Positions 1 through 14,312 of a DNA stretch of 64,000 bases are shown one piece after another. Below the pieces are notes generated by a model. It searched no databases and had not been told where the DNA came from. It saw nothing but the letters and a program-made list of their open reading frames with translations. Both the position numbers and the translations under genes were made by a program. The first letter of the stretch is position 1; each line of letters begins with the position of its first letter. Origin of the DNA: Octopus sinensis (taxonomy: Eukaryota); the NCBI RefSeq assembly GCF_006345805.1, contig NC_043003.1, forward strand, positions 44,950,001 through 45,014,000, written 5' to 3'.

Positions 1-464
1 TTGACTAATCGTAGTCCAACTTACGGTAATAACAATCAAATTCTGTCATTCAGATTCGAAAGGGATGACGACTAGCATCATAACTGAAACCTGCGGATGT
101 GTATCAAACTGTTTTGATCCATACATTTAACTCCCAAAGAGTGGGATGAATGCCTTTCTTTCATTTCTCCAGTCACTTGTATATATTTTATATTTCTTGA
201 TTTCATTTTATATCTTCTATAAACAAATGCTGCAAACCCTCTAGCTCTTATAAACCATATACCTTGTCCGTGTCGTGTTGGTTTTTAGTACAAGAGAAAT
301 ATAAGTTTATACAATTTGCCTGAAAAGATTTCTAAACATTTTTTCCCAAATATATCTGTAATGCCCATCCATATGCGCATATGCTTGTATATTTGTGTAT
401 GACTCACTCTCGTACTATATATATACATACATATCTATAAGTAGACACACACACAGACATTCAT

Positions 465-506
<42 letters not shown>

Positions 507-1134
507 ATATACGCATGCAAATAGACATACGTGCATACAGACATACCTACATACGTACGTACGTGCATACTGATTTCTATTATAGCGATTATTTTTGTTC
601 ATAGCTTCTTGACTGAAATGCCTTTCGCCTGAAGTTTAGCATTGAAACGGAAAGTGAATTTTTCTACCCATCTCTATATCTTCGGTTACGAATAGCATCA
701 ATCATTATATACTTCATTGCTATAGAATACGAATTTTCAATATCTTCTTTCAGCTGCTAGAGCCTGGCAAGTGAGTAAGTGGACCCCGTTTGTATCTACT
801 TACTTCAGTTGAACATCGGACAATCATAAAATTAACAAACCTTGAAGAAATATAGAATCATATCAAGCTGTATACTTTCATAAACACTTATGTATGATAT
901 TTTAAAAGCAATTCTTCTAAACCATCTCATTTCTCAGTAGATCCTCTTTAAATAACGCAAATAATAATCTGAATGGAAGATTGCAATGAAAAATACGCAA
1001 ATTTTCAAGAAAATTCTATGATCATCCACAGGACCACATACTCTGAGAGAAGGAAATATATACATATAGACCCATATAATCATATAAATTTCAAGGAAGG
1101 AAACACAAAATGAGAAAGTTAAACCAACATACAT

Positions 1135-1292
1135 GCAGCGTTACTCATTTTTGCCAGTTGAGTGGACCAGAGCAACGTGAAATTAAGTGTTTTACTCAAG
1201 AACGCAACGCGCCGCCCGGTCCAGGAATCGAAATCACAATCTTACGATCATGATGCGGACACCCTAACCACTAACACACGCGCCTCCACATA
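1135..1292 (-). mobile_element. tRNA-headed SINE fragment (family B here)
   Basis: Minus strand reads GTTAGTGGTTAGG (A-box-like) ... TTTCGATTCC (B-box-like), then ttcttgagtaaaacactt...aaaaatgagtaa. The same body occurs at 16070 and 26020. Confidence 0.6.
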
Positions 1293-2281
1293 TGTGAAGA
1301 TAGATGTACATAAATTACTGAATGTGAACTGAAGACATAAGGATCAAGAATGCAAACTGAACGAAGAGAATAATTATTGAAACAAAATGATCTTAGCATG
1401 ATCCAATACACAGCGGAGGTTACTCTGCATTTTCATTAATATACACACATTGATACATTTATCTTCGTCACTTCGCCTCATGTTTTTTATTACAAAGTTA
1501 CGTTATGCTTTTGTGTACGTATCTATGTGTATACGTATTTATAAATATATATATATATATATATATATGTATATCTATCTACCCATCATCTATCTATCGC
1601 ACGCACACGCACACACACATACATATATACGTATGTAGACATATTCGTATGATGCTTTGGTGTGTCTTTTGATGAAAACTGTTTATCTCTCAGTATTTTG
1701 CTGTTTCTTTTATCGAAAACAATTTTTTTTTTGTTCTTGCAAACGTAAAAAGTCTGGCAGAACGAATGAAATTATTTCTTTCAGCCGTTTCTCTTTCACA
1801 TGGCCTTGTTAACTGTTACCTTCAATCATCCAAATAACCTTGTGCCCTGTGTGTCTACATTTTCGGTGTTACTAAAGAAAGGAAATAATAGGCAGAGCTG
1901 TATATCGACGCATTCGAAATGATCTGTGACAAATACAAATTGTTTACATTCTATTCTGGAGCAGGTGTCAGTTTAGGTCAAGAAATCCAGACTGCAGGCA
2001 GTCTTAGATGCATTATATCAGGATAACTCATCCGGGATTGGTAAAGCGTCAGATGGAAATACATTAGAAGTATATAGGTAGATTTTCATATCTACCTTTA
2101 ACAGTAGCTACAAAACTCACTAAAGCTGACTAAAGCTCACACCACTATTTCAGAAAATCCACTGATTAATTACAAATGCGAGAGAAAAATCCATCAAATG
2201 TTAGCACTTGCCTAAAACTAGTATAATTAACGAGATATAAAATTCCTTATAGCGTTGGATAGAATATTGGGGCGTACAAGG

Positions 2282-2690
2282 GTGGTGAAGTGACGGAAAC
2301 GTTTGCACGCCGGGTGGAACGCATAGCGATAATTGGTCTGCCGTTACATTCTGAGTTCAAATTCCGCCGAGGTCGACTTTGCCTTTCATCCTTTCGGGGT
2401 CGATTAAATAAGTACCAATTACGCACTGGGGTCGATATAATCGACTTAACCCTTTTTGTATGTCCTTGTTTGTCCTCTCTAAGTTTATCCCCATGTGGGT
2501 TGTAAAGAATTAGGTAATTCGTCTGTCTCTACGTTCTGAGTTCAAACTTCGCCGAGGTCGACTTTACTTTTCATCCTTTCGGGGTCGATAAGTTAAGTAC
2601 CTGTTGCGTACTGGGATCGCTCTAATCGTCCCCTCCCCCACCCGCCCACCCCAAAATTCGGGCTTTATGCTTAGAGCAGAAATATTGGTG
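2282..2690 (+). mobile_element. tRNA-headed SINE (family A) with tandemly repeated core
   Basis: The core ttctgagttcaaattccgccgaggtcgactttgcctttcatcctttcggggtcgat occurs twice (about 2351 and 2535). The same core recurs at 14160, 19050 (-), 22500 (-), 22930 (-) and 61700 (-). Confidence 0.7.
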
Positions 2691-2847
2691 GTTCCATCGA
2701 GATGAGCCCAAAGCCTTAAAAGATGAGGAAATATTAGTCAAAATGTCTCTCTTTATCCCTTTATTTCTCTCGTTTTCTCTCTTTCTCTCACTGTCTGCGC
2801 CTCGGCCTGCCTTTGTCTCTATTTGTCTTCGTGTGTCTCCCCTCTCT

Positions 2848-2886
<39 letters not shown>

Positions 2887-3492
2887 TTATTTGCCCGTTT
2901 CTAAGAAATCGGTTATATTCAGAATTTCTATGTAAATGGCGACAACAGTTTTAAAATAACAAAACACTCTGACTGAGAAACAACTTCATGGTAGATCCCT
3001 TACGTTTAAAAAGGGTCAACAAGAAATAACTTCAGTTGAAAACCAAACTATTTAACTAATGAAACATAAAGCAATTATATCAGTTAATCAGTACTAGTTC
3101 GAGGACAAATAAATAGCAGTAAAACATCATATAATAAATCCATTCGAACAATTAAAATCTTTTATAGATCATTGGTTCGGTGCCAAAGTCATAAATCAAA
3201 ATTTTCTGATAAACAATATGCTTAATAAAATCATAAATGAAATAAACTCCTGGCAACATTACGCCAAATGACTAAGGTTATTTTATTTCCGTTTCTATTG
3301 ATGTTGGAAAGCGCAAGAGTATCATATTTCAGGTATCTCTAAGAATGTATAGCAATAGTTATATATCAAAATTTACTGAAGCAAAATAAGGCAACAGGCA
3401 CTAACTTATTAACATTCATGCGCAATGACTCATACATGCGCGTGTGCACGCAAAGTCGCACAGACCAACGCATACACACGTATGTATATATA

Positions 3493-3525
<33 letters not shown>

Positions 3526-3554
3526 ATATATATCTATTTATATATATACGATCA

Positions 3555-3706
<152 letters not shown>

Positions 3707-3864
3707 GCACAGGCAGAAACACAGACATTTGTACACACACACATATGTATGTATATATATACTACTCCAACATGGCCGCAGTCAAACGGTGGAAACAAGT
3801 AAAGAATAAAACTATATATGTATATATTAACATATGCGTATATGTATACATATATACATACATT

Positions 3865-3898
<34 letters not shown>

Positions 3899-4344
3899 AG
3901 TGTGTGTGTGTATGTTTTTGTGTGTGTGTGTGTGTATGCATATAGATACATACATATACATATTTATAAATATAAAAATATATAAATATGTAAGTTTATG
4001 TGTGTATGTGCGTGTGAGTGACAGTGCGTACATGAAAGGAGTTCGAAATACATCATTATAAATACAAAGATGGACATTATATCGGAATATACTCATTGCA
4101 TGCAGATGTTACATTTCTGATTTAATTGTCATATCAGTGAAAGCAATCATCAACTCAGTATTGATGAAAAGTTGTTAATGAAATTACGATTCTCTAGTAA
4201 TTACTTTTCTGTACATTGCCGTTAGTGTTATGAAATTTCATGTTATGTACGATCAATAAAAATTAACTGCTACATATTAAGAAATATAATCTCCATGCTT
4301 AATACGTGATCGCTAATTTGTTCATGAATCCCTTAATATCTAAC

Positions 4345-4384
<40 letters not shown>

Positions 4385-4471
4385 GTGTGTGTGTGTGGTG
4401 TGTGTGTGTGTGTGTGTTGTGTGTGTGTGTGCGTGTGTGCGTGTGTGTGTGTGTGTGTGTATCTAAATCCA

Positions 4472-4507
<36 letters not shown>

Positions 4508-5179
4508 ATATATATATATATTATATATATATATATATATGTACACATATATGTATGTATGTGTGTATGTGCGTATGTATGAAAAATGGTCAAATCCGGA
4601 GTGGGGGACAGAATCAATGCATTTGATGTCTGTAGCCTACGATTGGAATTGGTGTAGATAATATATCGTCTAAATACGTGTACGTCGTCGTCCACAAGAT
4701 AAATGCATTCATGGATATTATACGAACCTATGAATCTTGTACTTTATTAATGATTCCTAAATTCGATGGTTTAAACGAGGTGGTTTTATTAAAGTCTATC
4801 ACACACGACTTTTATATGTGTATCTCTGTTTGCGCGGGCTTATGTGCTTAAGGCGTGGTCTATATGATTCATAGGAAGAGACTATCTAAGAATATATGAG
4901 ATAGTTAAAATTTTCATCAGTAGTAAAAGGTTTTCCACTTATATATTAAAAATCTGATTCGCACATATGCTCTCTCAAAGGATATTCAATTTAAAAGGAA
5001 AGGAAATAAATGAAACTATCATACGCTATGAGATTAATGACCATCTTCATAAATGTTTGCTATCCTTAATTTCCTTATTCAGCATTTGTAATTCATAAAA
5101 GGAAATTTCAAATATCATATTGGTTTCACATGTTGGCAAAAGGCCAAGATTCAACAGCTACCTGTGTTATGGAACGTCG

Positions 5180-5285
5180 AAAGCATGAACGGCGGAATTT
5201 GAACTCAGAACGTATAGAAAAGGAAGAAATGCCGCTTTTCATTCTGTCCAGCGTGCTAACGATACTGGCAGCCCAACGCCTTAAG
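5180..5285 (-). mobile_element. SINE family A head fragment
   Basis: cggcggaatttgaactcagaacgt ... gtgctaacgatactggcagc is the reverse complement of the family A 5' part. Confidence 0.6.
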
Positions 5286-5289
5286 TTCA

Positions 5290-5775
5290 AATATATCCTT
5301 TACCTTTTAGTTGTTTCAGTCATTAGATTGCGACCATGCAGGAGTACAGGATTGAAGAATTTTAAGTCGAATCTTTCAACTCCAGTACTTATTTTCCAAA
5401 ACATGATACCTATTCTATCGGTCTCTTTTGCGGAACCACTAGGTTACAGGGACATAAACGCACCAGACCTGGCTGTCTCGCTGTAGTGGGGGACAGACAC
5501 AAAGGGAAGCAAACACACGTACACAGGCACACACACTCACACACAGGCATGCACACACACACAGCAAACACACACAAGCATGCACACATGCACATATATA
5601 TACTTGCGACGGGCTTTTTTCAGTTCCCTTCTAAAATATCCAATCACAAGGCTTTGGTCGGACCGAGGTTATAGCTGAAAAAACTTGCCCACGTTGCCAC
5701 ACGGTGGTACTGAACTTCGAACCATGCGGTTAGGAAGCAAGCGTCTTACAACACACACAGGCTCGCCTGCCCCTG
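5290..5775 (-). mobile_element. tRNA-headed SINE with internal CA/TA microsatellite (family C), diverged near-full copy
   Basis: Colinear with the copies at 38826-39222 (-) and 51921-52407 (+): cacaaggctttggtcgg, tattctatcggtctcttttgc, gcaagc..cttac. Confidence 0.7.
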
Positions 5776-8700
5776 TATTATGTTAAATTTCCTTGCATGC
5801 AAATCCTTTTTTAGTATACTCTTTGAAAGACATCTGTGTTTTCTTGAGCGAGACTGTGTTATCAACAGTGAGGAGAGAATGACCAGAGTGAGGAGTATTT
5901 CGGTAAATAATCAACGAATTGATTTACTAATATTTGGCATTTCCAGATCATTTTGTTGTAGAGCATTACTTGAAGGAAACTATATAAATTAAACTCTGTG
6001 TATAAATTTGCACTGTCCAAACATTGTTCACACTTATCTTTTCCCTTGCAACAAAGTGGAATTTTTAAATTATATTTTACCTAGACAAATAAACGTACTC
6101 TTGAAAAAAGATGAGATTTTATGCAGTATTTCTTACAGCTTGTAATAGTATTCAATTATACTTTAAAGCACACCCTATCATTTGAAACATAACGGGATAT
6201 ACAATGCACAAAAACAAAATCTTGGTAGTAAGTAGTAAATGCTTTATCTCAAGATCAACTTGATTAAGTCTATCATGGAACTACACAATAAACTTTATGA
6301 TCGAAGAAAACTATTAATTTTCCCTGGCTGTCTAACAGTAATTATTATATGGTGTGAACTCTAAAGCTCAAGATGTGGAACTACTTGATAATTTTTAAAT
6401 ATTAATAATGTATTATATAAGATTATTATTGTTCTAATTGCATGCCGATATAATTATCTTCATTAAAGACTGAGTAGTTGTCGTTGACAATTGAAAGACG
6501 GTCATTCTACGTCATGATTTAATCAGCTATCTCCGTTTCGTTAAGTAATAGATAAAAAAAATGTACATTCTAATTAGATAGAAATTGGAAAGCAGAACAG
6601 ATCTGAGCCTTCATAGAAGAAAACGAATCGGCTTAAATAAAATACGAATAAGAGAAAACAAGTATGGTTTATTTGAAGTATTTAATGATGCAAAAAATAC
6701 GCTGACGGACACGATGGATATATTATCTATGAAACGTGCGATATTGGAGAATTTTAAATTTTACGGATTAAGATATGCAGTATCACATTATATGTTTGTA
6801 GTTAGTGTCAATCAGAGCGAGGGAAAGCTTTGTCAATATTTCGTAGACACGTAGAATATATTGACTTTACAAGTCGGTTTCTAGTTTTCTCTTTATAGCT
6901 TATCTTTTATCTGTGAGGCTAAAATATTTACATGTATTGAAAGTGAAGGGAGAGGCAAGATAAGAAAAAAAAAAAAAAAAATTCATACTAAATAGCAATT
7001 AGTGGAATAGTCAAAAGACATAAAATATAAAAACCAACAACTTAATTAATAAACACGCAAATCTTTAAGAAGTGAATCTATGATAACGACTATAACAAGT
7101 ATCAGGCGTGTGAATTTAGACATATGATTATATAGATAATACAATTTAGGATTTTAATTAGGAAAATGATCGATATGGCAGCTATATACGCTTTCGTTCA
7201 ATACCATAGCGTTTCCTCCACTAGTATTGTACATTGACACATTTTCCAGTTTATTGGTCTTTTGCATCCCTGCCGCCGTTAATACCATCACCACTACCAC
7301 TCTCATCAACATCACAAACACTCTCCCTATCACTTCCATCATCACCACCACCATCACTACCACCACCATGACCACTGTTATTGTTGTTATCATCATTGTT
7401 GTCATTATTATCATTACGAATGGGAGAATTATCAAAATACCTGTTGATATCTTAATATTTTTTACAGATAATAGTTTTTTGGGCTTTCTTTTCCAGATAT
7501 TTCACATAGCCTCAAATCTATAAATGGATTTTAGAATCCCGGTAAAACGAATTCATCAAACTTGGCTATCTTATTTCTAGATCTTCATAAATACCTTTCA
7601 TACTTACGTACCGAAATATGATCTATCTGAATATTCTATCAAGCAAGTTATATTCGTTCATCAACAATAAATTTTCACATTTAGTCTTTTTTCTTTATTT
7701 ATCGCAATGATGCATTCACAAGGGATCTGCAGAAAACTTCCAGAGTAATAGATACATGTTGATAAAGTAGTCCTCGTTTCAAAATGTTGGAATGAAGTTA
7801 CGATATATTTGATCGAGCACCTGTTGTATCAGGGTTCGGATGGTTAATAAAAAAATAGCGACATCAATAAAATGTGATTTTCAGTACATTTGACCTACAT
7901 TTACTAGGTACTGCCTTAATCCCCACTCTTTCAATCATATCTCATATTTGTTCGAGCCCACAGATATTCGCCGATTGAGAATGTACATCCTGTCACTATA
8001 CACTATACTGGATACTTGACATTAGACATCAACATCATGGCTGACAACAATATCGTCTGAAAGGTCTGGAACAATATTAGTATTTCCCACAAAACTCTCA
8101 CATAGATTCCAATATCTTATGGAGTTCAGGTATCTTTTATACATTTACGGCACAGTCATATATTAATAGTTCCTATATACCAATACTAACTTAATATGCC
8201 CCAAACCACTTTTCCAACAAGTTGCTCTATTTTAATTATTACGTATCTAGCTGTGCGACATATATCAATATTGTATTACATGCATGTTGAAACTACATTT
8301 AATCGTATTTTACTCTGTTTAAATTCCAAGCTCATAGAGTGTATCATTCGTCTATATTTAGTTAACTGCGCTGCCTGTCTAGCAAGATTATTATTAGAAT
8401 TGACTGGAACTTGAGTTCTGCAAGTAGCCATTTAGGTATGAATGCGTAACATTCGTTCTTTTCATGAGATAAGAGAATAGATTCATGTTTTCATATGAAT
8501 TGAAGCACTACAATGTACAAACTTTAGCTATGCCAAGTGATAATTCAGTTTTCAAAATACGAAAAATCACAATATTCCCTAAGCAATTTGGATTAGGTGC
8601 GATGTGATATTTATATACATTGGGCACAAATATAACACAACAAAGTAACCTCTCAGTGCCAATAAATAGGAACATTTTGAATTCTGGGATTATATTATGT

Positions 8701-11700
8701 TGAGAATGTTGAAAAACACGCAACAGGTTTGTGGGTACTCCACTGAGCCCAACGCCATAAAAGAAATTTTATCGAATATTCAACCTATTACACTAAGTAT
8801 AATGAATGTTACATTCAACAGTAAACAATCATTTCAGAATACAGCCCATCAAATATTAAAGATCATGCGATGAAACAATTTCATTATGATATAACAGAAT
8901 CATAAAAATCCATTCCAAATTATAATTTAATTATGAATGGAGTAGACATGAATATACGGATTGGATAATTAGATTCAAGAGCAGGAATATAAATTCTTGA
9001 AAAGGTACATCAATCCAGCTGTAAATATTGTCTTCAGAACACAATTAAAGGTATAATGATTTCGAAGGAGATATGTATAGTTAATGAGAACATTGTAAAT
9101 TCTATGATATTCCATACCATATTGCGTAGAAGTTTGTGAAGGTAACACGGACAAAAGACTCAAATCCCCAGTAAGGAATTGTACTCAACATCTCATCACA
9201 TCATTGATATGTTCTTCAATTTGATATTTCTAGGCTTTCTAACGACCAAATTTCTTTCTATACTGCATTAGTATTAATGGCTACGCAAAGACTTAGGTTC
9301 TACTGGCAATGATTTAGCAGATTTGTTAGAATATCGGATGATGTACGTGGAATTAACTTGGTGGTGGTGGTGGTGGGGGCTTTCATTCTCCTGACGTTGA
9401 TAAATTAAGCACCAGTTTAGTATGGTGAAAAGGGTTTTTAGATGAGTGTTGAGTTAGATACACCAGGATTGTTATTATTATTTCCATTCTGAGTTCAAAT
9501 CCCGGTGTAGCCTATTTGGGTAGAAAGCATGTAATTACTCATCTGTTTTAACACCACATCTCATCGTTGGGAGGTTTCAAGGTGTCCACTCTTCTGCGAG
9601 TATCTGTATTGAAAGTACTTTCCTCCTACCTTTTCACAGACCCCTAAAAACCCCTAAAAACAGTCTATGAGTATAAGGATCTCCTCTCCGGCCTCAGCCA
9701 TATGATATCCCGGGGTATAGCTTCCACATGCCTTCTCCACCGAAATAACACTCAACCAGTAATGTGTCATACATTGCTATATCGACGTCACAATACAAAT
9801 ATCATATTGGATAAGTTCGTTTCGAATGGCAATATGACGTTAAATTACTTAAATTATAAAACAAATGTTGTTCTTGCTGGTTCTGAAACTTGTCTATCTT
9901 TCCACAAGCCATACTTATATAAGACACTTGAATGTGTTATACATATTTGGTGGGCTCTATATCCAATTGCCACAAAAATAAATCCCAAATGACAAGTCTC
10001 CAGCCTGATACTGTTTGATAAGTAGCCTCTAGGTCAAGATTCACCTAGTAATCTCATGACCTAGCGGCAACGTACTTTCAACCGACTCGTCTTTTTTTCA
10101 AGCAGTGTACAATATCATTCAATACATCTTTCTATTTTCACAAAACGAGTGAGCGAATTTTAAGTCAAATTAAACTCTCTTCTCTACCAAGTTGAGCAAC
10201 AGCTTTAAAGGTTCTTCGTTGGCTATTCCTCAGACACGGAGATAAGACTGCTCACATTTTCCAAACTCTAGGAAAATGTCTTTTGTTTCACTTGTTAATC
10301 ATCTCTTTTATTCCAATTTATTTACACCTAGCAATAACAATCGATAACAATACATTGATACCAGGAAATGAATGCAAAAATAAAATATTTTTAAATATTT
10401 GAAGGCTAGATGAAATAGAGCAAAATATTTTTCTTACCATTTAGAGCACAGCTTTTGCCTAAAATTTTATAGTTACTGCATCTAATAGTGTACTGATACA
10501 CAATCCTTCTATTTGCATTTTTATTACATTTATGTCTATGGAAACATGTACAAGTTTAACAATACTAATCACTAGAATTTTATTTGCTGTTTGTGTATAA
10601 CGAATAGCTGTAGCACAATTTAGGTCACTCAAATCGAACTTCAGTTTCAGTCATCTTAAGAGAATAATTCCAATACAGGCAACTACTTTTAATACGTGTA
10701 TGTCTATCGTTTAATTATATTTTACGACAATGAAACCTACTATGCAAGTAGGTTTGGTAATTTCATGTTTAGGGGAAATAATTGAAATAAAAAGTTCTAT
10801 AAATACGCAAATGTCATTATGTAGCTGTCATTTACAGTGAATCATATAACATTGAGTGTTTTCTTTTATATTTTAATTGGCTCCGATTTATAACTGCTTA
10901 AAGTATTTCTTCTTTGTGTTTCTTATCATATGATATCCTAAATGCATTCAGCTTGTTATTTTCTTTTATTTTCCTGATTTATAATTTAATGTTTATAAAT
11001 TGATTAGATTTAACTTGACTGTGCCAATCCTTCTGTGTTTTATATATCAAAAACTACATTTATTCAGTACCCAATTAAGGTATTAAAAACAATGTTGGGT
11101 GCAGGATGTATCACATGACGTGAAACGTGATACCGAGGCAATCGTCTTAGTATCCGTTGAACGATGTAATAGATTAATGAAGTAAGTCATTCATGTAATC
11201 TGTAGATGAAGCTTTTATTACAACCAAGACAGATAGCATTAAAATTAGTAACATTAATAGTATTAGTAGTAAATTGAATTCTGGAGATAATGAGTGTATT
11301 AATTAAACTTCAAATTACTTTGGATTTCAAGATCTTTGTTTTAGTGAACGAAGAAAAGCAATTACTAATTTTATGAGGAGCTGGAAGCATTCAATTTTCT
11401 TTCAACAATATATGCTGTATAATTAATTTAACACCACAAACTTGCTTACACAGACTAACATTTGGACTTCTACACATACATAGCAACATGTAGGAACAGG
11501 TGTGTATGTTAGTGGAATGTTCGTTATAATGGATGATTTTATATATCAATTAAAAGCTACTTTTTATTTTTTTCAAATTCTAAACATTTCTCTGGTGGAT
11601 TATATGGATTACCATACGAGAAACCTTCGAAAGAACTGATTTTTAGTAATTTAGATTAGTACTTTATATGAGTAGTTATTATGGTTCTGATATCCAAGCA

Positions 11701-12247
11701 GTTCAGAGATTTTCATTTCAGTGTGTCCATACATGCAGACTTGCAAAAATAAAACATACCAGCAAAGGTATAGAAGCTATATCGAACAATCCCTCCAAGA
11801 ATCATGTGAATATAAAATCATATTGAATTATGAACGGGGAGGAGGGAGAGTTTAGGGTGAGGAAATGCGAAGAAAATGTTGTACAAATAAACTGGGATGT
11901 TTCATATAAGAAATTCCCACAGTTTTAAATTATTACAGGACGGAACACGCATATAACTGCTAAAGTGACTGCAGTTCGTAAAGCACATACTTTTTCTAGT
12001 TGCGGCCAATGAAAAATTCAGGATGATCCCATGTACAATTCTCAAACTTGTAAATGAAGTATCTGAGGATACATGTAATTCAAATTAAATATTCCATGGT
12101 GAAAATCTAGCTAAATAACTTCTGAACAAGATAGATCGAATTTCAGAATCCAATCCTTCCAAAATGTAACCGAATGCTTCGATCATGTCATTCTACTGAG
12201 GATTTATTGTATATCTAATAAGAATATATACCAAAAAGTATACATAA

Positions 12248-12322
<75 letters not shown>

Positions 12323-13084
12323 AATACATGCATAAATACATACACTGATACCTTAATAACATTTTGTTTATTTGGACATTAATTCTTTGGCATTCCTTTT
12401 ACGAAAATCCACTGTTTATTCGATGGGTCTACAATATGTAGACACCACTACAAACCAAAATTGCTTTTTGTATGAGCCCTAAAATTCTATACTAGCAAAA
12501 TATCTACAACACTGAAAAACATCTGTATTTCTTACAGATGTTGTGTATAGATCAAGAAATTAAATCTTTTGTACAGTATCTGATAATTTAACGCTGAAAA
12601 TCTATCCTAGAAAATGATAGAAATTCTAAGTTGTAAATATCTAGGTATTGATGAAATATATGGTACAAATATGATGTATTCAAAGCTAGAATAACCACCG
12701 TTATTATGCTGAACTTCAATACATAAGGCATAAAAATTCTTGCAAACGCAATATCCCGCAATCCATTTTCAGAACTAATACCAGAACGTATAATACTTCG
12801 GTGTTCTGTAGTGAAAACCTCGTTATAGTATACAGATATTTATCAAATTTTTAACTGGGTTGTCGATATGTAATTTTATGTTCATGGAATATCTTCTGAA
12901 ATGCTCTTTCAATTTTTTTTCTTTTTTTTTCGAATTTAACAAGTCGAAATTCGATGAAATTAATCTCTGCAATAGTTTTTCCTTATTTTGTGATTTTAGT
13001 ATTTAAGACAGTCATGTGTAAACTTCCCCTCAGTGCTCAATTAAATATCAGTTAATTAAGGCCAGCAAATGTTCAGTGATTGTT

Positions 13085-13560
13085 ATTGAGGAGTTGAAAT
13101 CGCCAATTCAAAAACCTCTGTGTAACTTGACAGCCTGACAGAAGTTTTAGATTTACTCCAATCTATTAATTCTATAGTGTTTTTTGTTCTTCTACATATT
13201 TGCTTTACGTTGTCAGGAGAAAGAAGCAGTGAGTACAGCTTTTGATGATTCTCATAGAACAATGCGATTGATAACATGGATGTTCCCTTTCGACTTTCTA
13301 AATTCATTTCAAACTGACGAATTTGAACTTGAACTAAGAGTGTATTCCAGTGAACCAACGTTTTTAGGTGGATGGCCAGTACGTAACGATGTGTCAATCC
13401 AGAATGGTGAGTGATAACAAGTGTGATGAGATGTGGAGACACAAGAAGAACGCCAAGGCTTGAGTGAAGATGGTATTGGGACAGGTAAATTCAACAAACT
13501 GACTTCATTATATTAGCAGGGGAAAGTTGAGAAAGGAGACCAGTGTAACTATAATCCAGA
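13085..13560 (-). mobile_element. Possible degraded LINE apurinic-type endonuclease (APE) remnant
   Basis: The minus-strand translation gives ...SLGVLLVS...RYVLAI...LFYEN..., then after a frameshift IGDFNS (attggcgatttcaactcc). This resembles the GVxxL / FYExL / GDFN order of LINE APE domains. Weak, by eye. Confidence 0.3.
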
Positions 13561-14094
13561 GAGTGGTGGTTAGCTGTGAGTGAACTTCAGCCAAGACAAG
13601 GGTCTACGATGTCTTTGCGTGCAGTAGCTGCACCGTGACGGGTTTTAGAGCTATGATGCATTGGACTCTATAGAATATCAATAACTGCAGAGAGCTGAAA
13701 CATCTGATCATGAAGTAAAGGGTCAATAATGAGGGTGCCGTCTTAGTTGTGTCAAATATGTTACTTCTCTTACTTCTCCAGTGGTCCTTTGTACGGAACA
13801 GACGCAAGTATTAGTGTAATTCTTCAAGCTGTAGAAGAATTCTGCTCATGATTAAAGGAAAAATTTCCGTGACGATATTTTATGATTGGTATAGCATTTG
13901 TCTTTTCTTCCTGTTGACAGAAATAACGTAATATGTCTCTATTGCATGATTCATTCCTGATCTTATATCAGATAGTATGGGATTTGGTTCCTTGACTGCG
14001 AGTAGATGGAGAATAGATAGGAATGTCACAGAGAAATGAATGGTGTGACAGGTTTGCTTAGCTTGGGCAACATGAGAACTCATATATGCATTTA

Positions 14095-14312
14095 GAAAGG
14101 TGGCATGTTAGCAGAATTGTTAGCACCTCAGACAAAATGCTTACCGGTATTTCGTCTTTAGGTTTGTAATTCAAATTTCGCCGAGGTCCACTTTGCCTTT
14201 TAATCTTTTGCGGTTCGATGGAAAAAAAGTACCAGTTAAGCACTGAGGTCGATGGTAATTGACTTACCCACGAAATAGCTGGCGTTATGCCAACATTTGA
14301 AATCGATATTTA
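14095..14312 (+). mobile_element. SINE family A, diverged copy
   Basis: ggcatgttagcagaattgttagcac ... ttcaaatttcgccgaggtccactttgcc ... gtaccagttaagcactgaggtcgat. Confidence 0.65.

Noticed and set aside
7940-8130. Possible Tc1 remnant (…YSPIENV…)
   Set aside because: Only a five-residue resemblance to SPDLSPIENVW, with no convincing flanking motifs.
13217-13406. Plus-strand candidate exon (ttgtcag|...aatg|gtgagt, EKEAVSTAF...SIQN)
   Set aside because: The peptide is unrecognised, an internal gtgagt lies 12 nt in, and the opposite strand looks more like a LINE endonuclease remnant. Not excluded without RNA-seq.
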